From the NCBI GenBank assembly GCA_050945515.1, contig JBMNTB010000004.1, positions 2,113-66,112 of the forward strand: DNA of 64,000 bases, read 5' to 3'. This document shows, piece by piece, positions 28,533 through 38,662 of the stretch. Position 1 is the first letter of the stretch. The number at the start of each line of letters is the position of its first letter. The notes beneath the pieces are model-generated. The model was not told the DNA's origin. It did not search any database and was given only the letters and a program-made list of their open reading frames with translations. The position numbers were made by a program, and so were the translations under genes. Source of the stretch: Saccharofermentanales bacterium. GTDB lineage: Bacteria > Bacillota > Clostridia > Saccharofermentanales > DTU023.

Positions 28533-29768
28533 GTGCTTGAATTGTATATTCAGCGACATTTGGAAGGACAAGTTCTTGATGCCTCTCGCCATTATCCTGT
28601 AGTCATGGTCTGCGGACAACGTCAGGTAGGTAAATCTACCATGCTGAATCATCTCAGAGAGCCGGAACGTGGTTATGTTACCTTGGACGATGGCAACGCG
28701 CGTCGCCTCGCAACAACCGACCCCGCGCTGTTCTTTGAGACCTATGGCTATCCGCTCCTCATTGACGAGTTTCAACGTGCTCCTTCGATTCTGTTGGAAA
28801 TGAAGAATATAGTCGATAAGAAAGCTCTCAGCGGCGAGGACAATAGCGGTATGTTCTGGCTCACAGGTTCACAAAAATTCAGAATGATGAATGACGTTTC
28901 CGAGTCATTGGCCGGTCGGATCGCTGTCTTTGATCTGTCCAGTCTTTCCGCTGCGGAGATTGAAGGGCGTCCGGCTGCAATTTTTCGTCCCGATTTGAAA
29001 TCCCTGCGGGAACGACTGAAATACAGCAAGAAAAAAACCGTCCGCGAAGTGTATGAAGATATTTTTCACGGCGGAATGCCTAAGCTGCGCTCTACCGAGC
29101 TTGACCGGGATCGTTTCTATATGGACTACGTAAACACTTACATCGAGAGAGATATTAGGGATTTGGCACAGGTCGGTAAACTCAGCGAGTTTTATGACTT
29201 CTTAGTCTATATGGCTGCAAGAACCGGTCAGGAGCTGAAATATGGTGATATCGCAGGTGCAATCGGCGTTTCCGCGCCGACAGCCAAGTCCTGGATATCT
29301 ATCTTAGAAAGTTCCGGCGTTATATTTATTCTGCGCCCTTACTATTCCAACCTTACCAAGCGCCTGGTCAAAACCCCCAAGGTGTTTTTCATGGATACCG
29401 GATTAGCAGCGTACCTTTGCAGATGGCCAAATGCCGCAACTTTAGAAAGCGGAGCTATGGACGGAGCCTTCTTCGAGACCTACGCAGTTTCAGAAATCGT
29501 CAAAAGCTACTACAATGCAGGCAAACCTGTCGATCTGTTCTACTACCGGGACATTGACAAAAAAGAAATAGATCTCCTTATCGTCGAAGGTGACAAAATA
29601 TATCCTATCGAAATCAAGAAAAGCAAGCAGCCTTCCAAACCAGACAAGAATTTCGGCGTCCTTCAGCAATTCGATATGGAAGTTCAGCCAGGCATTGTTC
29701 TATGTATGAGCGATGAACTTGTCCCATACAACCGTGAATCATGGTACTGTCCGATAAGCGTTCTGTAA
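28533..29768 (+). CDS. AAA_14 ATPase with DUF4143 domain
   Basis: Walker A GQRQVGKST, IDEFQR, LTGS, ESLAGR, KTPKVFFMDTGL, EIDL..EIK. Confidence 0.9.
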   Translation: MLELYIQRHLEGQVLDASRHYPVVMVCGQRQVGKSTMLNHLREPERGYVTLDDGNARRLATTDPALFFETYGYPLLIDEFQRAPSILLEMKNIVDKKALSGEDNSGMFWLTGSQKFRMMNDVSESLAGRIAVFDLSSLSAAEIEGRPAAIFRPDLKSLRERLKYSKKKTVREVYEDIFHGGMPKLRSTELDRDRFYMDYVNTYIERDIRDLAQVGKLSEFYDFLVYMAARTGQELKYGDIAGAIGVSAPTAKSWISILESSGVIFILRPYYSNLTKRLVKTPKVFFMDTGLAAYLCRWPNAATLESGAMDGAFFETYAVSEIVKSYYNAGKPVDLFYYRDIDKKEIDLLIVEGDKIYPIEIKKSKQPSKPDKNFGVLQQFDMEVQPGIVLCMSDELVPYNRESWYCPISVL

Positions 29769-29878
29769 AGCCAGTTCAAGTAAGCAACCGGCGAAATGAA
29801 TACAAGGCTTGACTTTATTATGTAGCCGCGCGGCAGTTGCGCCCTAGGACATAGAAGAAAGAGTCGGAGGGAGAGAAG

Positions 29879-30832
29879 ATGGATCAAAAGCTATTGGAAA
29901 TTAGCGATGACTGGCTGAAATACGCAATTCGTCTTAACCTGGGGCATGAGCCTAAGGACAATCTGGTTGAAATCAGAAATGCGGCGCTGGCTGACAGCCG
30001 TATAAAAAGATACCTTTCAGATATGGCTAACTTTCACAAAACCTTAGTAACAAATCATAAAAATCCCGATTTGCCGATACAAAAACTGCTATTCCTGCTT
30101 GACCTCGGATTTGATATAGAAGTCCCGGAAATCAAAGTCGCCATTGATGAAATTCTAAAGCACCGGGACGAGCACGGTATTTACCAGTCTATGACCAATG
30201 TGCCCAAGCATTTTGGCGGTACCGGTAAAAATGTATTCAGCTGGTGTCTGTGCGACGCGCCCTTGCTTTTGCTCGCTCTGCTAAAGGCTGGTATGGATTA
30301 TCATGAATGCATCAAGCCCGGTGTTGACTATCTGGTATCCTTATGCCGTGATAACGGCTTCCCTTGTGCCGTCTCACCCGAGCTGGGCAAGTTTCGCGGA
30401 CCGGGGAAAAAGGATGACTGTTGTCCATATGCGACGCTGATCATGACCGATTTATTATCGTATATCCCGGAATATAGGGATTCACAAGTTGCCACCACTT
30501 CTGTAAAAGCATTGCTGAATCTGTGGGAAAACAGCCTTAATCAGCATCCGTACATGTTCTACATGGGCACGGACTTCCGTAAGATGAAAGCACCTTCGTG
30601 CTGGTATGATATTGTCAGCGTGACCGGAGTTCTGAGTAAATATCGGTCTGTGCGAGATGACCCGCGTTTTCTTGAAATGATTAAACACATAAAGGAAAAA
30701 CAAGATAAAAATGGTCTTTTTACACCAGAATCAGCATACCAAAAATTAAAGGACTGGGATTTTGGGCAGAAAAAAGTTCCGTCTCCTTATTTAACATACC
30801 TGTGCTATTTAATTTTTGAGCGTTTGGAATAG
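29879..30832 (+). CDS. Conserved hypothetical protein (possible alpha/alpha-barrel, prenyltransferase-repeat-like)
   Basis: 317-aa ORF with GGAGG RBS and Trp/Cys-containing helical repeats (KQDKNGLF). The function is not recognised. Confidence 0.6.
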   Translation: MDQKLLEISDDWLKYAIRLNLGHEPKDNLVEIRNAALADSRIKRYLSDMANFHKTLVTNHKNPDLPIQKLLFLLDLGFDIEVPEIKVAIDEILKHRDEHGIYQSMTNVPKHFGGTGKNVFSWCLCDAPLLLLALLKAGMDYHECIKPGVDYLVSLCRDNGFPCAVSPELGKFRGPGKKDDCCPYATLIMTDLLSYIPEYRDSQVATTSVKALLNLWENSLNQHPYMFYMGTDFRKMKAPSCWYDIVSVTGVLSKYRSVRDDPRFLEMIKHIKEKQDKNGLFTPESAYQKLKDWDFGQKKVPSPYLTYLCYLIFERLE

Positions 30833-31120
30833 CTGACATGAAAAAAGCAACCTACATTTGATTTCGTAGAGTGGCCTTGTATATGGCCGGATCTCTATTT
30901 GCTTACATCCGCCGTCACAACAAACTTCTACATCCGTCAAGGGTATTTGCGAGATCTTTCGCACACGGCGATGAACGAGGACGAAGTTTGAGGACGAAGT
31001 TTTTATTAGACTTTTAAAATAGTCTTTATTGAGAAACAAATAAACCTCGGGGATTTTCCCAAACTGTCTCATTGCATAGCCCAGGTAATGTCATTATTCT
31101 TGGATCAGGAGGTAAATATT

Positions 31121-31600
31121 ATGGCTAATGAAGACAGAAAAGATTTTAATGCTATGTTGCATGATCGTAAAGATATGCCTAAATTTCAAACGATCACGGA
31201 TAAGACAAGTATTGAAAAATATGGTGGGGATCGAATGTACTTTGCTCCTCCAATTGACTATGATGCCATCATGAAAATGATACCGTACGGAAAAGTTATC
31301 ACTGTCGGAAAAATTCGCGAGCATTTTGCGACTAAATCAGGCGCCGACTTCACAGAACCAATTACAGCTGGTGTTTTTGTGTCTATTGCTGCCTGGGCAA
31401 GTCATCAAAGGACAGATGACAAAACTCCTTTCTGGAGGACTCTGAAAGCAAATGGTGAGCTGAATGAGAAATATCCGGGTGGTGCCATGGCACAAAAAGA
31501 GAAACTGGAAGCAGAGGGACATACGATAATTCAAAAAGGTAGAAAAAACATAAGATACTTTGTTAAAGATTATGAGCGCGTTCTTTTTGCACTAAAATGA
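31121..31600 (+). CDS. MGMT-family alkyltransferase-like protein (no catalytic Cys)
   Basis: IPYGKVITVG and PFWRT in place of PCHRV; AGGAGG RBS before ATG 31121. Confidence 0.75.
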   Translation: MANEDRKDFNAMLHDRKDMPKFQTITDKTSIEKYGGDRMYFAPPIDYDAIMKMIPYGKVITVGKIREHFATKSGADFTEPITAGVFVSIAAWASHQRTDDKTPFWRTLKANGELNEKYPGGAMAQKEKLEAEGHTIIQKGRKNIRYFVKDYERVLFALK

Positions 31601-31629
31601 TTTAATAGTGATTTGCGGAGGAATTAGTC

Positions 31630-32328
31630 GTGAATGAAGAATGCCTGATATGCAAAGCCCCCTTGGAATACCTGGAAACGGATATTCTCATGGAATGCGA
31701 GATATGCCACAAGCAAGAAAACAGCAAAACGAGATGCGTTCAAGGTCACTATGTATGCAATGATTGCCATACGCAGGGACTGGATACCATTATCGGACTT
31801 TGCCTGTCCGCAACCTCAAATAATCCCATAGCTATCGTCGAAAAAATGATGGGCATGCCGTTCTGTCATATGCACGGACCGGAGCATCATGTCATGGTTG
31901 GTTTGGCATTAATAACTGCATATAAAAATGCCGGCGGTGATATTGATCTGCATAGTGCATTAATCGAAATGATGAACAGAGGCAAGGGTATCCCCGGCGG
32001 CACTTGCGGTTTTTGGGGAGCTTGCGGAGCGGGCATCAATACAGGGATGTTTATTTCTATTATTTCGAAATCTACACCATTGGCGAATGAACCCTACGCT
32101 TTGTCACATCGTATGACAGCGAAATCTCTCGGGAAAATCGGAGAAATCGGTGGGCCCAGATGCTGCAAACGAAATTCTTATCTTGCCATTCTTACAGCAA
32201 TTGACTTTGTAATGGAGCATTTTGGTATAGAAATGGAAAAATCTGATCTTGTTTGCACGTTCGCACCACAAAACAATCAGTGCATAGGAAGACGGTGCCC
32301 ATTTTTCAAGGGAAACCGCGGAGATTAA
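31630..32328 (+). CDS. DUF5714 family Cys-rich protein
   Basis: CLIC/CEIC/CNDC clusters, MHGPEHH, CGFWGACG and GGPRCCKR. Confidence 0.8.
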   Translation: MNEECLICKAPLEYLETDILMECEICHKQENSKTRCVQGHYVCNDCHTQGLDTIIGLCLSATSNNPIAIVEKMMGMPFCHMHGPEHHVMVGLALITAYKNAGGDIDLHSALIEMMNRGKGIPGGTCGFWGACGAGINTGMFISIISKSTPLANEPYALSHRMTAKSLGKIGEIGGPRCCKRNSYLAILTAIDFVMEHFGIEMEKSDLVCTFAPQNNQCIGRRCPFFKGNRGD

Positions 32329-32403
32329 TTTCAACTTGTATAGATATGTTCTATATGAATATTTATTTTGAACGATAAAGCAGAATTTGCGGAGGTAATA
32401 TTT

Positions 32404-32748
32404 ATGTTTAAATCACAAGACCAGATGACAAGTGAAGTAAAAGAAAATGTAAGGGGCGGCAATAAAGCTGTTGAGTTTACCCATGTCTTTACGACGAACG
32501 AAACCTTTAACAAGGCAAGGCTTTGCGCCGTGCTGGAATTCCCGCCGGGTGCTTCTATAGGGCCCCATTCACACGGTCCCGATGCCGAAATGTATTTTGT
32601 TTTGGAAGGAGAGTTTATGGTAGTTGAAAATGGTATCTCTAAGGTCTTAATGCCTGGTGATGCTTCATTTGCCGGTGACGGAGATACACACTCGGTTGCG
32701 AATAATGGAAAGGGCAATGCCAAGTTGCTGGCTGTTATATTTGAATAG
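32404..32748 (+). CDS. Cupin domain protein
   Basis: PGASIGPHSH..EMYFVLEG and GDTHSVAN motifs; GGAGG RBS. Confidence 0.88.
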   Translation: MFKSQDQMTSEVKENVRGGNKAVEFTHVFTTNETFNKARLCAVLEFPPGASIGPHSHGPDAEMYFVLEGEFMVVENGISKVLMPGDASFAGDGDTHSVANNGKGNAKLLAVIFE

Positions 32749-32791
32749 TTTTTAGTAGTAAATTTAACAAATTACAGTTGTGGAACTATGT

Positions 32792-33637
32792 TTAATTGGT
32801 TGGATCAAAGGCGTCGCGGATGGCGTCGCCGATAAAATTAACAGACATCACGAGCAAGACGATAACAATGCCCGGCGGAATCCAGAGCCAGGGCAGATCG
32901 GTCAAGACAGCCTGAGAAGTTGCGGCGCCCAGCATATTGCCCAGGCTGGCGGTAGGTGTTTGCACGCCCATACCGAGAAAAGACAGCGCCGCCTCATCCA
33001 GAATGGAAAAAGCCATAACCGAGCTGGAATGGATCAGTACCGGTGCCATCGTGTTGGGTAAGATCTCCGAGAACAGGATATACGGTTTGGGCATGCCGGC
33101 AACAAGAGCGCCCTGGACGAAGGCTCTCTCCCGCAAGGACAGAACATTACCCCGCACGAGTCTGGCCACGCCGGGCCAGTTAACAAAACCCAGGATAATA
33201 ATAATATTCAACAGACTGGGACCAAAAATCGCAGCTGCAACCAATACCAGCAGCAGATAGGGGAAAGACATCACCATATCTGTGAAGCGCATGATGATAG
33301 CATCAATGAATTTGCCGAAGAAGCCTGAGACCAGCCCCAGCACCACTCCGATTACAGTCGAAATGACAGTAGAAAGCACACCGACCAATAGAGAGATGCG
33401 GGTAGCATAGATGAGACGGCTGAGCACATCACGGCCGACATCATCCGTGCCCAGCAAATGTCCATTGCCTGGCGGAGCACCGAAATCGCCGCTGATTCGG
33501 TCAGGATGATAGGGAGCAATCAGAGGCGCCAGCAAGGCAATGATAATGACCAGAGACAGGAAGACCAGACTGACCAGAGCCAGTCTATGTCGCTTAAAAC
33601 GCTTCCAGATTGTTCTCAGATAACTGTTTGCCGTCAT
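32792..33637 (-). CDS. Peptide/nickel ABC transporter permease (OppC/DppC-like)
   Basis: HLLGTDDVGRDVLSRL and EAALSFLGMG motifs. Confidence 0.93.
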   Translation of the reverse strand: MTANSYLRTIWKRFKRHRLALVSLVFLSLVIIIALLAPLIAPYHPDRISGDFGAPPGNGHLLGTDDVGRDVLSRLIYATRISLLVGVLSTVISTVIGVVLGLVSGFFGKFIDAIIMRFTDMVMSFPYLLLVLVAAAIFGPSLLNIIIILGFVNWPGVARLVRGNVLSLRERAFVQGALVAGMPKPYILFSEILPNTMAPVLIHSSSVMAFSILDEAALSFLGMGVQTPTASLGNMLGAATSQAVLTDLPWLWIPPGIVIVLLVMSVNFIGDAIRDAFDPTN

Positions 33638-33646
33638 TTGCCGCCT

Positions 33647-34609
33647 CTAATCATAACGGATCGTCGGATCGACGATCGCATAGAGAATATCAGTAATTAT
33701 ATTAGCCATCAGGACGGCAATCGCCGCCAAGAGACTGACGCCCATGATAACCGGGAAATCGCGATTCAAGATCGCACTCATCGTCATCAGACCCAGACCC
33801 GGCCAGGAAAAAATCTGCTCAACCACGACGGCACCACCGAGCAGCATCGGTAACTGCAGACCTATCAGGGTCACAATCGGAATCATCGCATTCCTGAAGG
33901 CATGTTTGCCTATGACTTTAAAACGTCCGATGCCCTTGCCCTCTGCTGTGCGCAGATAAGGTTGCTGCAAAATCTCTAACATACTGGAGCGGATATAACG
34001 GATATTACTACCGGTAACTGAGGCAGCCAGCACCAGAACCGGCATAATCATATGCCGCAGAGTATCCAGCATACCCCCTGCTCCGCCCAGAGTCTTCATG
34101 CCACTGGAGGGCAGCCAGCCCAACTTAGTCGAGAACAGATACACCAATACCAGCGCCAGGAAAAAACCGGGAATGCTGATAAAGAGAAAGGCCGTACCGA
34201 CTATGGCATAATCGCGCAAAGTATATTGCTTAAGTGCCGAGTAGATGCCAAGAGGAATCGAGATCAGGAAGGACAGCAGCATTGAGGTTCCCATCAGCAA
34301 CAGTGTCGGGCTCAGATTCTGTGCGATCATCTGGCTCACAGGCTGATAGGTCATGAGCGAATAGCCCATATTCCCCCGCATCAGTTCCGTCAGCCACAGC
34401 CAGTAACGCACCAGAAAAGGCTGATCCAGGCCCAGCTCGGCCATTTTGGCGGCCTTGGCCGCTTCCGTAACACGGGGACCGATCAGCATATCAATCGGAT
34501 TTCCTGCCAAATTCATCAGCAGATAATCGATCAGAGTAATGCCGATCAGCACCGGGACCGCAATCAACAATCTTTTCAGGATATAGCGCAGCAAGCCGCC
34601 CCGATTCAC
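33647..34609 (-). CDS. Peptide/nickel ABC transporter permease (OppB/DppB-like)
   Basis: GLDQPFLVRY, KHAFRNA and VVVEQIFSWPGLG motifs. Confidence 0.93.
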   Translation of the reverse strand: MNRGGLLRYILKRLLIAVPVLIGITLIDYLLMNLAGNPIDMLIGPRVTEAAKAAKMAELGLDQPFLVRYWLWLTELMRGNMGYSLMTYQPVSQMIAQNLSPTLLLMGTSMLLSFLISIPLGIYSALKQYTLRDYAIVGTAFLFISIPGFFLALVLVYLFSTKLGWLPSSGMKTLGGAGGMLDTLRHMIMPVLVLAASVTGSNIRYIRSSMLEILQQPYLRTAEGKGIGRFKVIGKHAFRNAMIPIVTLIGLQLPMLLGGAVVVEQIFSWPGLGLMTMSAILNRDFPVIMGVSLLAAIAVLMANIITDILYAIVDPTIRYD

Positions 34610-35586
34610 AAGCCACCTCCTGCCAGAGCAATCGGACAGGCGACCAGATGTGTCCGGTCGTCAGGCACAGGCATCAATTGCGGGATCTCTCGCCGGCAAG
34701 AATCCTCTGCCAGCGGGCAGCGCGGATGGAAGTGACAGCCGGACGGCGGATCGATATTGGACGGTATCTCGCCACTGAGCAAGGCTTCCGGCTCCTGCCT
34801 GCGATAGGGATCAGGCACAGGTGAAGACATGATCAGCGCTCTGGTATAGGGATGATAAGTGGAGCTGAACAATTTTTCGGCACCGGCAATCTCGACGATC
34901 CGGCCCAGATACATAACTGCAATCCGATCGGACAGATACTTGATTGAGGCCAGACCATGAGAGATGAACAGCAAAGTCAGATTGTATTCATCCTGCAGTT
35001 CATGCAGCAGATTCAAAATCTGAGCCTGAATGGAAACATCCAGAGCAGAAACAGGTTCATCGCAAACGATCAATGCCGGATTTAAGGACAGTGCCCGGGC
35101 AATGCCAATGCGCTGGCGCTGTCCGCCGGAGAATTCATGCGGATAACGCTCACTGCTTTCCGGTGACAAACCAACTTTTTCCAGCAGAGCGGCAACTTTT
35201 GCGCCGACATCCGCCTTAGTCGCATAATTATGATATAGCAGAGGTGCAGATAGGATATCGTAGATACGCTTCCGCGGATTAAGTGAAGCCCAGGGATCCT
35301 GGAACACAATTTGCATCTCGGTACGGACACGTTTCTTATCTTGACCTTTGAGTTGTGACAGATCCTGTCCCCGATAGTAAACAGTTCCGCTGTCCGGCTG
35401 ATCCAGCCCGATCAACAGCCGGCCCAGAGTGGACTTGCCGCTGCCGGATTCTCCTACCAGCCCCAAAGTCTCATTCTCATACATTGTCAGCGAGATATCC
35501 GTCACAGCCCGGACTCTTTTTCGCCTGGCAAAACCTCCCGCAGCCGGAAAGGTACGATAGAGATCTTCCGCCCGCAATAAAGTCAT
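34606..35586 (-). CDS. Peptide ABC transporter ATP-binding protein (OppF-like)
   Basis: GESGSGKST, FSGGQRQR, DEPVSALDVSIQAQ, GCHFHPRC. Confidence 0.95.
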   Translation of the reverse strand: MTLLRAEDLYRTFPAAGGFARRKRVRAVTDISLTMYENETLGLVGESGSGKSTLGRLLIGLDQPDSGTVYYRGQDLSQLKGQDKKRVRTEMQIVFQDPWASLNPRKRIYDILSAPLLYHNYATKADVGAKVAALLEKVGLSPESSERYPHEFSGGQRQRIGIARALSLNPALIVCDEPVSALDVSIQAQILNLLHELQDEYNLTLLFISHGLASIKYLSDRIAVMYLGRIVEIAGAEKLFSSTYHPYTRALIMSSPVPDPYRRQEPEALLSGEIPSNIDPPSGCHFHPRCPLAEDSCRREIPQLMPVPDDRTHLVACPIALAGGGL

Positions 35587-36674
35587 GTCCGCAACCGTTC
35601 TGACAGCTTGGCTTTAGCTTCCTGCTTTCTGCGAGCCAAAGCAATTTTGGAGGCTTCGCATTGTGTAGAATGCACGAATTCCAATTCGTGATTCTGTGCC
35701 CGCATACAGCGAACCTGCCGGCACTTATCCAGCGGCAGCATGATCTGCCTGCTTTCACGGCATTTTGGCTCGACATACGCGCAGCGACAGGCAAAGCGAC
35801 AGCCGCTGATGGCATCATAATCTTCCGGCACTACCCCGGGAATCGCCTGCAGCTCCCTGTCTTTGTCATCTTCAATACTGGGTACCGTTTCCAGCAAGGC
35901 ACGCGTATAGGGATGCCCAGGGGCTTCAAACAGTGTAAAGACATCCGTGTTTTCCACGATCTCACCGGCATACATAACAATGACCTTGTCCGCCATCTGA
36001 GCAATCAGTCCGATATCATGGGTAATCAGCAACACCGACATGTCACGCTCCAGAGACAGCTCGCGCAGCAGATGCATGATCTGGGCCTGGATCGTAACAT
36101 CCAAGGAACTGGTGGCTTCATCAGCTATAATCAGCGCCGGCTCACTGGCCAAAGCCATTGCGATCATAGCCCTTTGCCGCATGCCCCCGGAAAGCATATG
36201 GGCATATTGACCCAGAACATTGTCCGGATCAGCCATGCCGACTCGGCTCAGAAGCTTGGCAGCCTGCTGAGTCGCCTGCGCCTTCGAAATATCCTGATGT
36301 GCTCTGATCCCCTCCACTATCTGATTGCCAATCGTAAACACGGGATTGAGACTAGTCAGAGCATCCTGGAAAATCATGGCGATCCGCTTGCCTCGAATCC
36401 GGTCTAATTGACGCGGTGATAATGTGAACAGATCCTGCCCCTCGAACCAGGCCTCGCCATTAGAGACCCGTCCGCTGACCGGCAACAGTCCCATCAGAGA
36501 CAATGCTGTGATGCTTTTGCCGCTGCCTGATTCACCCACAATGCCCAGCACTTCTCCGCGCTTAACCTCAAAGCTGGCATCGCGCAGGAGAATGCGCTCA
36601 CCTTGCTCGGTCTTAAAGCTTATTGCCAAGTCCCGTACGGAGAGTACGGACTCATTGTGTCCGGTAGCCATCAT
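35583..36674 (-). CDS. Peptide ABC transporter ATP-binding protein (OppD-like)
   Basis: GESGSGKS, LSGGMRQR, LDVTIQAQ, GCRFACRC. Confidence 0.95.
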   Translation of the reverse strand: MMATGHNESVLSVRDLAISFKTEQGERILLRDASFEVKRGEVLGIVGESGSGKSITALSLMGLLPVSGRVSNGEAWFEGQDLFTLSPRQLDRIRGKRIAMIFQDALTSLNPVFTIGNQIVEGIRAHQDISKAQATQQAAKLLSRVGMADPDNVLGQYAHMLSGGMRQRAMIAMALASEPALIIADEATSSLDVTIQAQIMHLLRELSLERDMSVLLITHDIGLIAQMADKVIVMYAGEIVENTDVFTLFEAPGHPYTRALLETVPSIEDDKDRELQAIPGVVPEDYDAISGCRFACRCAYVEPKCRESRQIMLPLDKCRQVRCMRAQNHELEFVHSTQCEASKIALARRKQEAKAKLSERLRT

Positions 36675-36936
36675 TATGTTAACTTGACCTCAATTTTCTT
36701 GGTTTCCTCTTTCTTTGCTTCCTAATCATACCACAGCAATTACGATCATATATTCGTATATAAATCCCTAAACCGGGGCCGCTTATTTCCGGCCTCGACA
36801 TCCTCCTCGTAACGGCAAAGATCTCTTAAAAAACTCTTATTCTTATTCAATCCTATATCATATCTGCAAGGGGAACTGTTATCGTATATAATAATTGTTG
36901 GCACATTTTGATTTTAAGAGAGGATTTATTTTTAAT

Positions 36937-38640
36937 ATGAATGTCAAGCAACAAAAATTAGTGAGGATCATCTGCGCCATTATCGCCTTGGTTCTCGTCG
37001 CCTCATTGCTGATCAGCCTTGTCGCCTGCGGCAAAAAGAAAGATCCGGCCTCTGATGCGGACAGCAGTGCTACAAAGACTGATACCGGCGAAGAAACCCC
37101 CGCGCCCGCCGGTGACAAGATCGTCAATATCGGTGTCACCAATGTCATCGGTTCCTTGAACCCGCTGCTGCTCGATGCCACCGAGGTCAATAAATATGCC
37201 ATCAGTCTGATGTTCCTGCCCCTGGTCGATCTGGATTCCAATCTGGAATTTGTACCGCAGCTAGCGTCAGAAATTACCACTGAGGACAATCTAACCTTCA
37301 CGATCAAAGTCAATCCCGAGGTTAAATGGTCGGACGGAGAACAAGTTGACGCCGACGATGTCATCTTTACATTGTTAAAGCTGACCAGCACCGGTATCGG
37401 CAATGTCTCGATGGGTCTGTACAGTATCTTTGACGGCTGGAATGAGAGCGGTTATCTGCCTGATGACGCTACCTTGGAAAGTGTACCCGGACTTAACAAA
37501 ATCGACAATATGACTCTGACCTTGACCTCGACTACTCCGATGCCACTGACCTCTTTTCTCAATACTTATGCCCGCTATATGCATGTCATTCCCGAGCATA
37601 AGCTGAACCAGCTTTCTATAGACGAGCTGAAGACCACAGATTGGTTCAATCACCCCGAAGTCGTCTCCGGCGCCTACAAATGCTACGAAGTCAATATGGA
37701 GCATTTTGCCTCTTATGAGGCCAACCCCAATTATTATCTGGGCGCTCCTAAGATTGACAAGCTCAATATCAAGGTCGTGCAGGGCAATCAGCTGCTCCCC
37801 GGCTTGAAGACGGGTGAGATCGATTTCATTCAACCTACAATGGCTTCTATCCCCGATGCTGATCACGAAGCGATCGCCGCCCTGGACAATGTCCAGCCGG
37901 TCTATGCACCTCCGGTTACAAATCAGCTGCTCTTTATCAATACCGAAAGCGTATCTGATGTCCGCGCCCGCCGGGCCATCAACAAAGCAATCAACAGACA
38001 GCAAATTCTCGACGGTTTCCTCAACGGCAACGGCGAAATCATTGATGGTTTCATCACCTCTTACTCGCCGTATTTTGACGAAGGCGTCACCCCCTTGTCC
38101 TTTGCGCCGGACGAAGCAAAATCTCTACTGGAGGAAGCTGGGTGGACACAGGACCGGCCGCTGGAATTCAAGATCAATTCCGGCGATCCTACCTTTGTCA
38201 AAGCGGCCAATGTCGTCGTCGAGCAGCTGAGGGATGTCGGTATTGAAGCTAAGATCACTACCCTGGATATCGGCTCTCTATTGGAAGCAGCAGGCTCACA
38301 TGATTTCGATCTGCTGGCCGTCCAGTATACGATGGTTCCGGTCGACCCTTATCCGGACATCAATTGGCTGGTTACCGGCACACCTGAATTCCAGAACTGG
38401 GTGCAGTATTCCTCCGAGACGATGAACAGCTATCTGGACGCTGTCAGAGCCACAGCCGACGGTGATGCAGCCGCCCTGACCAAGGCCTACAGTGATATCG
38501 ACAAATTGGTACAAGAAGACGTGCCCGTAGTTTCGCTCTATGTCATCTCGCCTTTGGGAGCAGTCAGCAAGCGCTTGAGCAAGGCAGTACCTTCACCATA
38601 TGGTTTCCTGCTCAATGTCCACGAATGGGATATTGAGTAA
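36937..38640 (+). CDS. Peptide ABC transporter substrate-binding lipoprotein (family 5)
   Basis: Lipobox LVAC, WSDGEQVDADDVIFT and VRARRAINKAINRQ. It is divergent from the ATPase/permease genes. Confidence 0.9.
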   Translation: MNVKQQKLVRIICAIIALVLVASLLISLVACGKKKDPASDADSSATKTDTGEETPAPAGDKIVNIGVTNVIGSLNPLLLDATEVNKYAISLMFLPLVDLDSNLEFVPQLASEITTEDNLTFTIKVNPEVKWSDGEQVDADDVIFTLLKLTSTGIGNVSMGLYSIFDGWNESGYLPDDATLESVPGLNKIDNMTLTLTSTTPMPLTSFLNTYARYMHVIPEHKLNQLSIDELKTTDWFNHPEVVSGAYKCYEVNMEHFASYEANPNYYLGAPKIDKLNIKVVQGNQLLPGLKTGEIDFIQPTMASIPDADHEAIAALDNVQPVYAPPVTNQLLFINTESVSDVRARRAINKAINRQQILDGFLNGNGEIIDGFITSYSPYFDEGVTPLSFAPDEAKSLLEEAGWTQDRPLEFKINSGDPTFVKAANVVVEQLRDVGIEAKITTLDIGSLLEAAGSHDFDLLAVQYTMVPVDPYPDINWLVTGTPEFQNWVQYSSETMNSYLDAVRATADGDAAALTKAYSDIDKLVQEDVPVVSLYVISPLGAVSKRLSKAVPSPYGFLLNVHEWDIE

Positions 38641-38662
38641 AAAATAATATCAGCGGAGAATT

